A program made the position numbers and the translations under genes. From assembly GCA_965221775.1 (NCBI GenBank), contig CBDCSU010000005.1, positions 32,001 through 96,000 on the forward strand: a stretch of 64,000 bases of DNA. Reading direction: 5' to 3'. Source of the DNA: Candidatus Latescibacterota bacterium (GTDB lineage: Bacteria; Latescibacterota; UBA2968; UBA8231). Below are positions 30,000-40,328 of the stretch, in pieces. Under the pieces are notes generated by a model. It had not been told where the DNA came from. It saw nothing but the letters and a program-made list of their open reading frames with translations, and searched no databases. Each line of letters begins with the position of its first letter. Position 1 is the first letter of the stretch.

Positions 30000-32900
30000 T
30001 CACAGGCCGACGTGGACGTAGAGGCCGACCTCGACCTCGGCGCCGGTGGCTCCGGGATCGCCGGGATCGGCCACGTACTCGGGCGAGTTCTCGTCGAGGG
30101 TGCGCACCTGGGCCCGCAGGCCGAAGCGCGTCGAGGCGCCCTCCAGGCCGGCCGGCTTCAGCCCGTACGAGACGTCGCCGTACCACTGCAGCGGGTAGGT
30201 CAGGTTGAAGTCCCGGTGGAAGTCGTACGGCCCCCAGTCGTCGAGGCGCAGACGGGTGCGCGCGTCGACGGTGTGCCACCACAGGCGCAGGTCGCCGCCG
30301 TAGCGGCGGATGCGGCGCGGGTCGTCCCCCCGGGGCTCGCCTTCGCCCGCCAGCAGGGTGGCCGCCAGGCGCAGGCCGCGGCCGGGGTTGTGGACCGTGT
30401 GCAGCTTCGCCTCCCACTCGTCGCCGGCCGGGGGCGTCTGCCCGAAGGGCACGACGGCGCCGTTGGCCAGGGTGAAGGTGTGGGCGTCGCGGCGTTCCGG
30501 GTGGTGGCGGTACCACAGGTCGAGGGCGGCGACGAAGGGGGCGTCCTCGCGGATGTCGCGGTCCCAGGTGTGGAACCAGGTCCCCGGCGTCGGATCGTAG
30601 ACCAGCAGCAACTCGCCGGCGGCGGTCTCGCGGTTGTCGAGGACGACGAAGGGGTCGTCGAGGATGTTGCGCGGCCGGACGGCGGGATAGTAGAGGCCGG
30701 TGCGGCTGCTGTAGTGATCGTCGATGCGCGGGTTGGCGGGCAGGACCGGCTTCTGGTAGAGGACCTGCGGCGAGATCTCCAGCAGCCCCAGCCGGTACGA
30801 CGCCCCCGACGAGAGCGCCCAGTGGTTGCCGCGTCCGCTCTCCTTCAGCGACCAGCCGGTGAGCAGGGTGGCGCCCGAGTAGCCGCCGTCGGCGACGAGG
30901 CCTTGCAGGCTGCCCTGGCCGTACCAGCGCACGGCGCCCTCCCAGGTCAGGCGCACGCGGCCGCCGAAGGTGTCGCCCCACTTGACCTCGTCGTCGATCA
31001 CCTCCCAGCCGGAGTCGAGGTAGCCGCGGCCCGAGGTCTCCCGGACCCAGGTGAAGGCGTCGCCGACCTTCGGCGAGCCGGAGAAGATGCCGCCCGCCTC
31101 GAGGGTCAGGGGCCTGGCGTCCCAGGAGAAGTAGAGGGTGGTGCGCCGGTTGAGCTGCTCGGGCACGGCGAAACTGGTCTGCGCCCCCGAGGCCTCCGCC
31201 AGGTCCTCGTGGTGGATCACCGACCAGCTCCAGGCCCCGACCGCGCGCTGGTACTTGGCCAGCACCGCGGCGTTGGCCCCCCACCACAGCTCCGGCCCGA
31301 CGGCGACCTTCCAGCCCTGCCAGGGGCCCTTGCCGGTGATCTCGAAGCCGTTGGGCGCCTGGCCGTTGTAGGTGTCGAGGTTGGGCCCGTAGTTGGCCTC
31401 CGGGTAGAGGCCGAAGAAGTCGCCCTCGTAGCCCCAGTGGAAGTGGCCGGTGCGGAAGAAGCCGTCGAGGGTGAAGCGCGGCCGCTCGATGGTGAACTCG
31501 ACGGCATGGACGGCGAAGCGGTCGACCACTTGCCGGGGCTCGCGCGAGGGCGCCTGTCCCGGCGCCGGCACGACCCGCTCGAGGGCGCGGTTCTCGTAGA
31601 AGATGTTGTCGAGGCGGTTCTGGCCCACGGCGCCGACGCCGTGCAGGGAGAGGCGGCCCCGCAGGTCGCCGCTGTCGACCTCCAGGTCGGTCCAGAACGA
31701 CTCGGTGTGGCCGAAGCGCTCCTCCTCGCCGCGCTCGGTGCGCTCGTCGCCGCTGCTGATGCTCGACTCGTAGCGCATGCGCACGTCGCCGAGGCGCACG
31801 GCGCGCAACTGCTTCACCTCGTCGAGGGCGCGGCCGGTGGCGTAGCGGTGCGAGTAGTCGGAGAGCCGGATCTGGCCGAAGCTCCGGCGGATGACCTCCG
31901 CCGTCGTCGCCTCGGCGTAGGGGTCGAGGCGGAAGGCCCGCTGCAGGACGTAGTAGGAGGTGCGCGGCGTCACCGGGATGAAGCCGCGGTCGTCGGAGGG
32001 GCCCTTGGCCGCGATCCCCCACCACTCCTCGTTCATGTTGTTGCGGCCCTCGACGAAGTCGTGCACGTAGGCGCCGGTGGCCCAGCTGGCGTTGGTGTCG
32101 TGGACGTCGAGGTTCTCCTCCTGGCGGAACTTCCACCAGCCGTCCGACCACTGGAAGATGAAGCCGCCCAGGGCGGTGCCGGCGCCGCCCTTGCCGTAGG
32201 ACTGCTCGTAGATCTCGCGCCACTGGCCGAGGAGGTAGTCGGCCTGGGCGACATCGTCCTCGCGGTCCCTCTTGGCGTCGTAGGCGTCGGCGCCGAACTC
32301 GGTGTAGACGAAGGGCACCCCCATCTCGTCGCGGACGCGCCGGAAGAGGTCGCCGCTGCTGACCCCGCGGTAGACGTTGGCGCCCATGATGTCGACCTCG
32401 GGGCAGGTGCGGGCGATGACGTCGAGATAGTTGATGTCGCCGTTGGCCAGGGCCACCGGGTGGCGGTCGTCGAGGCCGCTGACCAGGGCCGCGCCCTCGC
32501 CCATCAGCGTGTACAGGTACTCGGCGCGCGGATCGTCGGCCTCCTCGGGCAGGTCCTCGATCTCGAAGCTGGTCCACGACAGGCCGTAGTTGTTCTCGTT
32601 GCCGAGGAGGTACATCAGCACGCCGCGCGTGTCCCGGTAGGCCTCGACGGTCCGCTCCAGGTCGGCGAGGATCGCCCGGCGCGTGGTCTCGTCGCTGTAG
32701 TCGGTCTCGGGCACGAAGCGGCCGTTCACCTCGAAGCCGTAGCGCCCCATCAGGTGATTGACGGCGGTCATGATGCCGTACTCGTCGTAGATGTGCTCCA
32801 CCCAGCGCGGCGGAATCTCGGAGAACAGGCGGATGGCGTTGACGCCCATCTCCCGGAGCATCGACATCTCGGCGTCGAGGGCCTCGACGATGAACTCGTC

Positions 32901-33116
32901 GGGCTGGTCCCACAGGGAGTAGCGGTAGTTCTCGCCCACGGGGATGTAGCCCCAGTTCATGCCGAAGACCATGAAGTCCTCGCCGTCGACCTGGAGCTTC
33001 CAGCCGCGCTCGTCCTCGACGACGACCACCTGGTTCGCCTGCGCCTCCGCCCGCGGGGCGAGCCCAACGGTCAGCGCCAGGAGCAGGACGGGGAACAGGA
33101 TCCGCCGAGTCTTCAT
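30000..33116 (-). CDS. Clan GH-A (GH2-like TIM barrel) glycoside hydrolase fused to a predicted outer-membrane beta-barrel
   Basis: Signal peptide; GMNW, MGVNAIR, LLGNENNYGL (acid/base), TEFGAD (nucleophile); C-terminal ~550 aa of alternating aromatic beta-strands ending EVGLYVHVGL. Confidence 0.8.
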   Translation of the reverse strand: MKTRRILFPVLLLALTVGLAPRAEAQANQVVVVEDERGWKLQVDGEDFMVFGMNWGYIPVGENYRYSLWDQPDEFIVEALDAEMSMLREMGVNAIRLFSEIPPRWVEHIYDEYGIMTAVNHLMGRYGFEVNGRFVPETDYSDETTRRAILADLERTVEAYRDTRGVLMYLLGNENNYGLSWTSFEIEDLPEEADDPRAEYLYTLMGEGAALVSGLDDRHPVALANGDINYLDVIARTCPEVDIMGANVYRGVSSGDLFRRVRDEMGVPFVYTEFGADAYDAKRDREDDVAQADYLLGQWREIYEQSYGKGGAGTALGGFIFQWSDGWWKFRQEENLDVHDTNASWATGAYVHDFVEGRNNMNEEWWGIAAKGPSDDRGFIPVTPRTSYYVLQRAFRLDPYAEATTAEVIRRSFGQIRLSDYSHRYATGRALDEVKQLRAVRLGDVRMRYESSISSGDERTERGEEERFGHTESFWTDLEVDSGDLRGRLSLHGVGAVGQNRLDNIFYENRALERVVPAPGQAPSREPRQVVDRFAVHAVEFTIERPRFTLDGFFRTGHFHWGYEGDFFGLYPEANYGPNLDTYNGQAPNGFEITGKGPWQGWKVAVGPELWWGANAAVLAKYQRAVGAWSWSVIHHEDLAEASGAQTSFAVPEQLNRRTTLYFSWDARPLTLEAGGIFSGSPKVGDAFTWVRETSGRGYLDSGWEVIDDEVKWGDTFGGRVRLTWEGAVRWYGQGSLQGLVADGGYSGATLLTGWSLKESGRGNHWALSSGASYRLGLLEISPQVLYQKPVLPANPRIDDHYSSRTGLYYPAVRPRNILDDPFVVLDNRETAAGELLLVYDPTPGTWFHTWDRDIREDAPFVAALDLWYRHHPERRDAHTFTLANGAVVPFGQTPPAGDEWEAKLHTVHNPGRGLRLAATLLAGEGEPRGDDPRRIRRYGGDLRLWWHTVDARTRLRLDDWGPYDFHRDFNLTYPLQWYGDVSYGLKPAGLEGASTRFGLRAQVRTLDENSPEYVADPGDPGATGAEVEVGLYVHVGL

Positions 33117-33141
33117 GGGATCGCCTCTGGCCGGCCGCGGT

Positions 33142-34110
33142 CTACCGGGCCAGGACCACGCGCTGGGTCCGGGTGAAGTCGCCGGCGGTCATCCGGTAGA
33201 TGTAGACGCCGCTGCCGGCGGGGGAGCCGCCGTCGTCGACGGCGTCCCAGGTCACGGCGTACTCGCCGGCGGCGTGGAACCCGCTCACCAAGCTCCGCAC
33301 CCGCTGGCCGAGGCTGTTGTAGACGGCCAGCTCCACGTCGCCGGAGGAGGGCAGGGAGAAGTGGATCGTCGTGACGGGGTTGAAAGGGTTGGGATAGGCG
33401 AGGCCGAGGCTCCAGGCCGCCGGCGCCCGCGCCAGCCGCGTCACCGCCGTGGACGCCTGGGGGGCGCCGCTGGTGAAGAGGATGTCGTCGAAGTCGACGA
33501 GGACATCCGTCGCCGCTCCCCCCTCGACACCGGAGATGACGATGACGACTTCGTCCACGCGGCCGTCGAAGGTGCCGTCGCCGCCGGTCTGCAGGTCGGT
33601 CAAGGAGGCCAGGGGCGCGCTGACCTGGCGCCAAGTGTCGTCGGCGTCGGAGCTGTCGAAGGAGAGGATGTGCTGGAAGGAGTCGTCCTCGCCCTCCTCG
33701 TAGCCCTCGCCGTCGGTGTCCTCGCGGACGGTGAGCTCCACCGAGAAGCGGTCGACGGTGGTGCCGGTCTGGACGAGGACCCACAGGCTCAGCCACGGGT
33801 CCTCCGGCAGGGTCAGCTGCGCGTCCTCGGGGAGATTGCGGAAGAACCCGCCGTAGAACACGCTCTCGCTGCCGGCGCCGCCCCAGCCCGTGTCCAGGTA
33901 CCAGGAGCCTTGCGCCGGACGGTCGCTGGCGGCGCCGCCGCCGCCGCCGGCCTCGTTGCCCCCGAAGAAGATCCAGTCCGAGGCATCGCCGTCCTCGAAG
34001 TCGTCGAAGGTCACCTGCCCGTGGGCGGCGGCCGGTCCCAGCAGGAGCAGGGCCAGGGTCAGCATCGCCGCGCCCAGGGAACCGGTGGTGGCTGGCATGG
34101 GAACTCTCAT
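33142..34110 (-). CDS. Secreted CBM11-like domain protein with FlgD-Ig/T9SS-like C-terminal domain
   Basis: Signal peptide; FDDFEDG...W..V..P...L...DDI; YPNPFNP..TI.F...VYNSLGQ.V...WD......SGVYIYRM. Confidence 0.8.
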   Translation of the reverse strand: MRVPMPATTGSLGAAMLTLALLLLGPAAAHGQVTFDDFEDGDASDWIFFGGNEAGGGGGAASDRPAQGSWYLDTGWGGAGSESVFYGGFFRNLPEDAQLTLPEDPWLSLWVLVQTGTTVDRFSVELTVREDTDGEGYEEGEDDSFQHILSFDSSDADDTWRQVSAPLASLTDLQTGGDGTFDGRVDEVVIVISGVEGGAATDVLVDFDDILFTSGAPQASTAVTRLARAPAAWSLGLAYPNPFNPVTTIHFSLPSSGDVELAVYNSLGQRVRSLVSGFHAAGEYAVTWDAVDDGGSPAGSGVYIYRMTAGDFTRTQRVVLAR

Positions 34111-34188
34111 GGTCGGTCTCCTGATTGTCTCCGAATCGTGGGACGTGCCGGGAGCGGCCCTCGCCGCGGCCCGTCCGCCCCTTTCCAG

Positions 34189-34204
34189 TGCAATTGGCGG
34201 GCCA
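34189..34204 (-). promoter_or_regulatory. Sigma54 promoter of the beta-glucan operon
   Basis: TGGCCC-GCCAA-TTGCA (GG-N10-GC) about 80 bp upstream of ATG at 34110. Confidence 0.75.
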
Positions 34205-34377
34205 GGCTCTCCGGGAATCGGAGAGAACCGGCCTAACTCGTTGGCCCACAGTGAAATCAAAATGCAGTGGACGCCGCAAGAGGGGTTCCACCCGCTCCTC
34301 GTCCGGGGCGAAATGTCCACTCCGGAAGCCCTGGACTGTAACCTATCCTGTTGATCTGGATCGAGTTACAGCGTATT

Positions 34378-34411
34378 GAGCGATATTTCGCTCGCGGGCG
34401 AAATATCGCCC
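34378..34411. promoter_or_regulatory. Candidate enhancer: two inverted GCGAWATWTCGC sites
   Basis: GAGCGATATTTCGCTC and GGGCGAAATATCGCCC about 180 bp upstream of the sigma54 promoter; no U-tract, so unlikely to be an intrinsic terminator. Confidence 0.6.
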
Positions 34412-34418
34412 CCGGGAC

Positions 34419-37400
34419 TCAGCGGGGCCTCTCCAGGCCGAGCTTCTTCATGCGGCTGCGCAGGGTGGAGGGCGGAAGCCCGAGGGCCGCGGCCGCGCCT
34501 CCCTCGCCGCGGACGAGCCAGTTCCTCGACTCCAGGACGCGGCGGATGTAGCGGCGCTCGAACTCCTCCAGGGGCAGGACCTCGAGCTCGCCGGGCGGCG
34601 GCGGCGCCGCCTTCAGCCCCAGGTCGGCGGCCGTGATCCGGGGGCCGCGGCAGGCGATGACGGCGCGCTGCAAGGTGTGCTCCAGCTCGCGCACGTTCCC
34701 CGGCCACGGCTGCGCCCGCAGGACCGCCACGACCTCGGGCGTCAGGGGGCCGATGCGCTTGTCCAGGTGCGAGGCCATGCGCTCCTTGAACAGCTCCGCC
34801 AGGGCCGGCACGTCCTCCTGGCGGTCGCGCAGCGGCGGCAGGCGGACGGGCAGCACCTGCAGGCGGTAGTAGAGGTCCTCGCGGAAGTCGCCGTCGCGCA
34901 CCATCTGCTCCAGGTCGCGGTTGGTGGCGGCCACCACCCGGGCGTCGGCCCTCAGGGTGCGGCTGCCCCCCAGGCGCTCGAAGGTGCCGTCCTCCAGGAG
35001 CCGCAGCAGCTTCACCTGCGCCTCCAGCGGCATGTCGCCGATCTCGTCGAGGAACAGGGTGCCCCCCGCCGCCAGCTCGACCTTGCCGAGCTTGCGCGCC
35101 AGGGCGGTGGTGAACGACCCCTTCTCGTGACCGAAGAGCTCGCTGTCCACCAGGGTGGCGGGCAGGGCGCCGCAGTTGACGTGGATCAGGGGGCCGCCGC
35201 GGCGCCGGCCGAGGGCGTGCAGGATCCGGGCCGCAAGTCCCTTGCCCACCCCCGTCTCGCCGAGGATGAGCACGGTGAGATCGGCCTCCGCCGCCTCCAT
35301 GAGCCGCGTCTGCACCCGCTGCAGGGCGGCGCTGCGGCCGGTGAACTCGACCCCCGGGGCCTGGCCGCCGAGGGCCTCGGTCAGGGCGGCGATGCGCGGG
35401 TCGGGCTCGACCGAGACCGGGACCTCGGCGATCTCCGAGTAGTTCAGGTCGCGGTCGACGGCGCGCACCTGGAAGGTGTACTCCCCCTTCGGCAGGTCGC
35501 GGTAGTGGGCCCGCATGTTCCGGGTCGCCGGCCCCCAGTCGCGCTCGTGGCCCTGGAGGCGGACCACGTAGAGCATGTCCCGGGGATGGGTGGAGAAGCT
35601 CACGCCCTTGTACTCGAAGATCACCGGCTGGCCGGCGGACAGGACCACCGCCGACGGCGACTCGAAGACCTGGTCGGCCACGACCTGGTCGAGGCGCACC
35701 CGCGGCGGGTTGCGGCCCGGCCGGTAGCGGACCAGGGTGCCGAGGGCGGTGCCGAACCAGAACGTGCCCTCCCGGTCCTCCAGGATCTGCAGGACCGGCC
35801 CCGCCGGGGGCAGCTTGATCGTCTGGAAGAGCCGGCCGTCGTGGTGGGCGACGCCGCCGTCCGTGCCCAGCCAGAGATGCCCGCGGCGGTCCTCGAAGAG
35901 GCAGCGGACGCGGTTGCTCGGCAGGCCGTCGTCGGTGGTGTAGTTGTGGAACCGGCTGCCGTCGAAGCGGCTCAGGCCGTTCTGGGTGGCGATCCACAGG
36001 TGGCCGGAGCGGTCCTGCAGGAGATCGACCACGCGGTTGTCGGGCAGGCCGTCGTCGGTGGTGTACAGGGCGGCGCCGCGCTCGGGGTGCCAGCGGCCGA
36101 TCCCCTTGCCCCGGCCGAAGGGGTTGTGGGTCCCCAAGGCGTACCACAGCTCGCCGTTGCGGGCCGCCACCAGGGCGCCGATGTGGTTGAAGGGGTCCTC
36201 CTTGTCCTCCTCGCGGAAGACGGTGACGAAGCCCTGCCCCTGGCGGCGCACGATCTGCAGGGGGCTGGCGAAGAGCTCCTCCCTGCGGGCGGTGGTCCCG
36301 TTCACCCACTGACCCACCAGCAGCCGGCCGTCCCGGTCCTGGGCCACGGCGCTGACGCCGGCCTCGACGAAGCCGGCCTCGGCGCCGACCCGCTCGAAGC
36401 GGGCGCCGTCGTAGCGGAACAGCCCGTTGCCGCCGCCGAACCACAGGCCGCCGCCGCCGTCCTCGTAGATGGCGAAGCAGCTGTTGAGGTCGAGGCCCTC
36501 GCCGGCGCCGACGAACTCGTAGCCGCTGCCGTCGAAGCGGGCGACGCTGCGCGCCGTCAGGCTGAGGAAGGGGGTGGAGAACCCGATCCAGATGCGGCCC
36601 CCCCGGTCCTGCACCATCCGCGAGATCTCCGCCTCCCCCTCGGGGTAGTCCTCGGGGCGCTCGAAGAGACCGACGCCGAAGGCGTCGTAGCGGGCGACGC
36701 CGCCGCCCCAGGTGGCGAACCAGTGCTGGCGCTCGGGGTCCTGGAAGACGGCGTTGACCACCGGATAGGGCAGGCCGTCGGCGGTGGTGATGCGATCGAA
36801 GCCGTCTCCCGCCTGGTAGAGCGCCCCTCCGGAGGTGCACAGCCACAGGCGGCCGTCGCGGTCGCACTGGATCTTGCGGAGATGGCCGGGCAGGTCCACC
36901 GCCACCGGGTCGAAGCAGCGGCCGTCGAACCGCCAGATCCGCTGCCGCTCGCCGGCGCGGCCGATCCACAGGCCGCCCCCCGGGTCGCGGCCGACGACAT
37001 AGCAGCTGGCGTCGGCCGGCAGGCCCTCGGCCTCTCCGTAGCGGTGGAAGTCGCGGCCGTCGAAGCGGACCAGGTGGTCGAAGGCGAACCACAGGTCGCC
37101 GCGGGTGTCCTGGGTGATCCCCCAGCACTGGTTGGTCCAGCGCGGCGACGGCGGCTCTCCGTAGCGCTCGGCGTAGGCCGGCGCCAGGTCGCGGAACTCG
37201 CCGCCCTGGAACCAGCCCAGGGTCCCGGTGCCGGCGCACCAGAGGCGGGACTGGTCGTCCTCGAAGAGGGACTGGACGGGGCGGCCGGCGATGCCCTCGC
37301 CGACGGCGGGATGGAACCTGCAGCCGTCGTGCCAGCAGACGCCGCTGAGGGTTGCGAACCACAGCCGGTCGCCGCCGTCGCGGAGGATGGAGAACACGCG

Positions 37401-37598
37401 GTCCCCGCACAGGCCGTCGCCGCCGGTGTAGCTCTGGAACCGGTCGCCGTCGAAGCGGCTGACGCCGTTGTCCCAAGTGGCGAACCACAGATCGCCGCGG
37501 CCGTCCTCGGCGATCTCCTCGGCGCGCGCCCCCGCGAGCCCGTCGGCGGGACCGAAGGTGCGCCACGTGCCTCGGCGGTCCAGCGCGCCGGTGGGAAT
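34419..37598 (-). CDS. Sigma54-dependent activator with N-terminal Reg_prop beta-propeller repeats, YYY domain, AAA+ and Fis-HTH
   Basis: Repeated D..G.LWF.T..G...FDG; Y..LP.G.YTFQVRA; [45 protein letters not shown]; probable ATT start at 37598 (first canonical start is GTG at 37397). Confidence 0.9.
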   Translation of the reverse strand: MPTGALDRRGTWRTFGPADGLAGARAEEIAEDGRGDLWFATWDNGVSRFDGDRFQSYTGGDGLCGDRVFSILRDGGDRLWFATLSGVCWHDGCRFHPAVGEGIAGRPVQSLFEDDQSRLWCAGTGTLGWFQGGEFRDLAPAYAERYGEPPSPRWTNQCWGITQDTRGDLWFAFDHLVRFDGRDFHRYGEAEGLPADASCYVVGRDPGGGLWIGRAGERQRIWRFDGRCFDPVAVDLPGHLRKIQCDRDGRLWLCTSGGALYQAGDGFDRITTADGLPYPVVNAVFQDPERQHWFATWGGGVARYDAFGVGLFERPEDYPEGEAEISRMVQDRGGRIWIGFSTPFLSLTARSVARFDGSGYEFVGAGEGLDLNSCFAIYEDGGGGLWFGGGNGLFRYDGARFERVGAEAGFVEAGVSAVAQDRDGRLLVGQWVNGTTARREELFASPLQIVRRQGQGFVTVFREEDKEDPFNHIGALVAARNGELWYALGTHNPFGRGKGIGRWHPERGAALYTTDDGLPDNRVVDLLQDRSGHLWIATQNGLSRFDGSRFHNYTTDDGLPSNRVRCLFEDRRGHLWLGTDGGVAHHDGRLFQTIKLPPAGPVLQILEDREGTFWFGTALGTLVRYRPGRNPPRVRLDQVVADQVFESPSAVVLSAGQPVIFEYKGVSFSTHPRDMLYVVRLQGHERDWGPATRNMRAHYRDLPKGEYTFQVRAVDRDLNYSEIAEVPVSVEPDPRIAALTEALGGQAPGVEFTGRSAALQRVQTRLMEAAEADLTVLILGETGVGKGLAARILHALGRRRGGPLIHVNCGALPATLVDSELFGHEKGSFTTALARKLGKVELAAGGTLFLDEIGDMPLEAQVKLLRLLEDGTFERLGGSRTLRADARVVAATNRDLEQMVRDGDFREDLYYRLQVLPVRLPPLRDRQEDVPALAELFKERMASHLDKRIGPLTPEVVAVLRAQPWPGNVRELEHTLQRAVIACRGPRITAADLGLKAAPPPPGELEVLPLEEFERRYIRRVLESRNWLVRGEGGAAAALGLPPSTLRSRMKKLGLERPR

Positions 37599-37672
37599 GA
37601 GGGGGGCTCCCTCCGCCGTTGGGTCGGCGGTGCGCGGGGGTTATCGTTGGCCGCGTCAAGGTAGCCCGACCC

Positions 37673-39310
37673 GTGCCCCCCCGCCATATCGCCCGCCATG
37701 GATGGGCCCGCCGGCTGCAGGCCGCCAGCCGCCGCCTCGGACGCGCCCTCGACCCGCCCGGCACCGAGTACCGCCTGGCGCGGTGGCTGTTCCTGCGCCT
37801 CCTCGGGCTGGTCTACGCCACCGCCTTCCTGGTCTCGGCGCGCCAGGCGGGACCGCTGATCGGCGACGGGGGGCTGCTGCCGGCGCGCCTCTACCTCGAA
37901 GGCGCCGCGGCCGCGGCCGCCCTGCCGTGGCTGGATGTCCCGACGCTGATGTGGATCAGCACCGCCGACGGCTTCCTCGCCGGCCTCGCCTGGCTCGGCT
38001 TCGCCGGGGCGCTGCTGCTGGTGGCCGGGTACGCCTCCGCTCCCCACCTGCTGGTCCTTTGGGTCCTCTACTCCTCCTTCGTCAACGCCGGCCAGTTGTT
38101 CTACGGCTACGGCTGGGAGATCCTCACCCTCGAGACCGGGTTCCTGGCCGTCTTCCTGTGCCCCTTCGGCCGCGGCGGCCGGCGCCACGCCGTCGCCCCG
38201 GACCGCGCCGTGGTGTGGCTGCTGCGCTGGCTGCTGTTCCGCGTCATGTTCGGCGCCGGGCTCATCAAGCTGCGCGGCGATCCGTGCTGGCTCGACCTGA
38301 CCTGCCTGTTCCATCACTACGAGACCCAGCCGATCCCCAACCCCCTGAGCCCGTACCTGCACCTGATGCCGGGCCTGGCGCACCGCGCCGGCGTGCTCTT
38401 CAGCCACCTCGTGGAGGTCGGCGCCCCCCTGCTGCTCTTCGGCCCGGTGCGCCTGCGCCGGCTCGCGGGGCTCCTCATCCTCGCCTTCCAGGTGCTGCTC
38501 ATCGCCAGCGGCAACCTCTCCTGGCTCAACTACCTGACCATCGCCCTGTGCCTGCCGTGCTTCGACGACGCCTGGCTCCGGCGCATCGCGCCCCGGCCCT
38601 TGAAGGCCCTCCTCGCCAGGGAGGAGGCAGCCGCCCGCGCGCCGGGCCGGGGACGCCGCCTCGCCGTGGGCGCGCTGACCGTGGTGGTGGTCCTGCTCAG
38701 CGCCGCGCCCGCGGCCAACATGCTCTCCTCGCGCCAGGTGATGAACACCTCCTACGACCGCCTGCACCTGGTCAACACCTACGGCGCCTTCGGCCACGTG
38801 GGGAAGGTGCGGCGCGAGGTCGTCCTGCTGGGCACCCTCGACGAGCCGGGACCGGGCGGGGCCCGGTGGCGGGAGTACTCCTTCCACTGCAAGCCCGGGG
38901 ATCCCTCCCGCCCGCCGTGCGTGGTCTCGCCCTACCACTACCGCCTCGACTGGCAGATCTGGTTCGCCGCCATGGCCGACTACCGGACCCAGCCGTGGCT
39001 CGTCCACCTCGTGTACAAGCTGCTCCACGCCGACCCCGGGGCCCTCTCCCTGCTCGCCGGGGATCCCTTCGACGGGAGGCCGCCGCGCCGCATCCGCGCC
39101 GACCTCTACGAGTACGAGTTCGCCCCGGCCGGTGAAGAAGGCTGGTGGCGGCGGCGCCGTCTGGGCGAGTACCTTCCCGCCCTGTCCGCCGGCGATCCGG
39201 CCCTGCGCCGCGTCGTCGAGGGATTCGGCTGGCCGCTGCTGCCGGGGCCGCCCCGCACTGCCTCCGCCAGCCTGCCGCGGGGGCAAGGATGCCCTTGCGG
39301 CGCCGGCTGA
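37673..39310 (+). CDS. Lipase maturation factor (LMF1) family membrane protein
   Basis: LFLRLLGLVY, YGWEILTLETGFL, FGAGLIKLRGD, HYETQPIPNP, YHYRLDWQIWF; start uncertain. Confidence 0.92.
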   Translation: MPPRHIARHGWARRLQAASRRLGRALDPPGTEYRLARWLFLRLLGLVYATAFLVSARQAGPLIGDGGLLPARLYLEGAAAAAALPWLDVPTLMWISTADGFLAGLAWLGFAGALLLVAGYASAPHLLVLWVLYSSFVNAGQLFYGYGWEILTLETGFLAVFLCPFGRGGRRHAVAPDRAVVWLLRWLLFRVMFGAGLIKLRGDPCWLDLTCLFHHYETQPIPNPLSPYLHLMPGLAHRAGVLFSHLVEVGAPLLLFGPVRLRRLAGLLILAFQVLLIASGNLSWLNYLTIALCLPCFDDAWLRRIAPRPLKALLAREEAAARAPGRGRRLAVGALTVVVVLLSAAPAANMLSSRQVMNTSYDRLHLVNTYGAFGHVGKVRREVVLLGTLDEPGPGGARWREYSFHCKPGDPSRPPCVVSPYHYRLDWQIWFAAMADYRTQPWLVHLVYKLLHADPGALSLLAGDPFDGRPPRRIRADLYEYEFAPAGEEGWWRRRRLGEYLPALSAGDPALRRVVEGFGWPLLPGPPRTASASLPRGQGCPCGAG

Positions 39311-39398
39311 GCGCCAGACCGACCGGCCGGCGCCCCCTTCCCGCGGGGCCGGATCTCATCCCGGCCTCACTCACACCTGCTTTGACGGAGCCCACCAC

Positions 39399-40265
39399 AT
39401 GCAACTGACCGAGCAGCAGACGCGGTTCTTCGACGCCTTCGGATACCTGGTCGTTCGCCAACTGCTCAGCCCGGAGGAGGTCGAGCGCGTCATCGAGGGT
39501 TTCGAGTGGTCGATCCGCAACTGGGGCGGCGGCCAGGACCACGACGGCACGAAGCGCACCATGTTCGGCGGTCCCATCGAGCATGCGCCGGAGATGTGCG
39601 CCATTCTCGACCACCCGGGCGTGCTCGGCCTCATCGGCGGCGTCATCGGCGACGACTTCAGCTACTGCGGCGGCGACGGCAACTACTACGTGGGCGACAC
39701 CCACTGGCATCCGGACGGCAACTGGGGCCGCCTGTGGGCGACCAAGACCGCCTTCTACCTCGACGAGGTGGACGCCGGCAGCGGCTGCCTGCGGGTGATC
39801 CCGGGCAGCCACCGCCCCGGCCACTACCTGCGCGCCGAGGGCGTCAATCCGCGCGAATCAGAGGACCTCTTCGGCGTGCCGCCGAGCGAGTTCCCGGGCA
39901 GCGTGGCCCTGGAGTCGAGCCCGGGCGACGTGGTGATCTTCAACCACGACCTCTACCACGCCTCCTTCGGCGGCGGCCGGCAACGGCGCATGTTCACCAT
40001 GAACTGCACCCGCCGCGCCGCGACCCCGGAGGAGCACGAGCTGGCCCGCCAGTACATCTCCGTGCACTCGCCGGGCGGGTACGGCGTCGATACCGGCGCC
40101 GGCATGTTCTTCCCCACCATGCTCGACACCGCCGGCGAGGGGCGCATGCAGCACCTGCGCCAGCCCGTGGAGATCCACGACGAGCTGTTTCCGCAGTTCG
40201 CCCGCGGCGGCGGCGGGCGGGACCCGCACCGGGGGGTGATGAGGCAGTACAAGAGAAAGGGTTGA
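39399..40265 (+). CDS. Phytanoyl-CoA dioxygenase (PhyH) family 2OG-Fe(II) oxygenase
   Basis: FDAFGYLV, WHPD, GCLRVIPGSH, PGDVVIFNHDLYH. Confidence 0.9.
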   Translation: MQLTEQQTRFFDAFGYLVVRQLLSPEEVERVIEGFEWSIRNWGGGQDHDGTKRTMFGGPIEHAPEMCAILDHPGVLGLIGGVIGDDFSYCGGDGNYYVGDTHWHPDGNWGRLWATKTAFYLDEVDAGSGCLRVIPGSHRPGHYLRAEGVNPRESEDLFGVPPSEFPGSVALESSPGDVVIFNHDLYHASFGGGRQRRMFTMNCTRRAATPEEHELARQYISVHSPGGYGVDTGAGMFFPTMLDTAGEGRMQHLRQPVEIHDELFPQFARGGGGRDPHRGVMRQYKRKG

Positions 40266-40273
40266 AACAAGAA

Positions 40274-40302
40274 GACGCGGAGCAGACCCGCTGCTCCGCG
40301 TC
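40274..40302 (-). terminator. Intrinsic terminator between convergent genes
   Basis: 12-bp perfect stem GACGCGGAGCAG/CTGCTCCGCGTC with a 5-nt loop, followed by TTCTTGTTTC on the minus strand. Confidence 0.75.
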
Positions 40303-40328
40303 GTGAGGAATCCTGCAGGAACCGCCGC

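Noticed and set aside
34378-34411. Inverted repeat after the activator stop as an intrinsic terminator
   Set aside because: No U-tract, and each arm is itself a palindrome, which fits protein-binding sites better; kept as a candidate enhancer
37673-39310. LMF1-like gene as a eukaryote-to-bacterium transfer
   Set aside because: LMF-family proteins are already known in many bacteria, and codon usage matches the host
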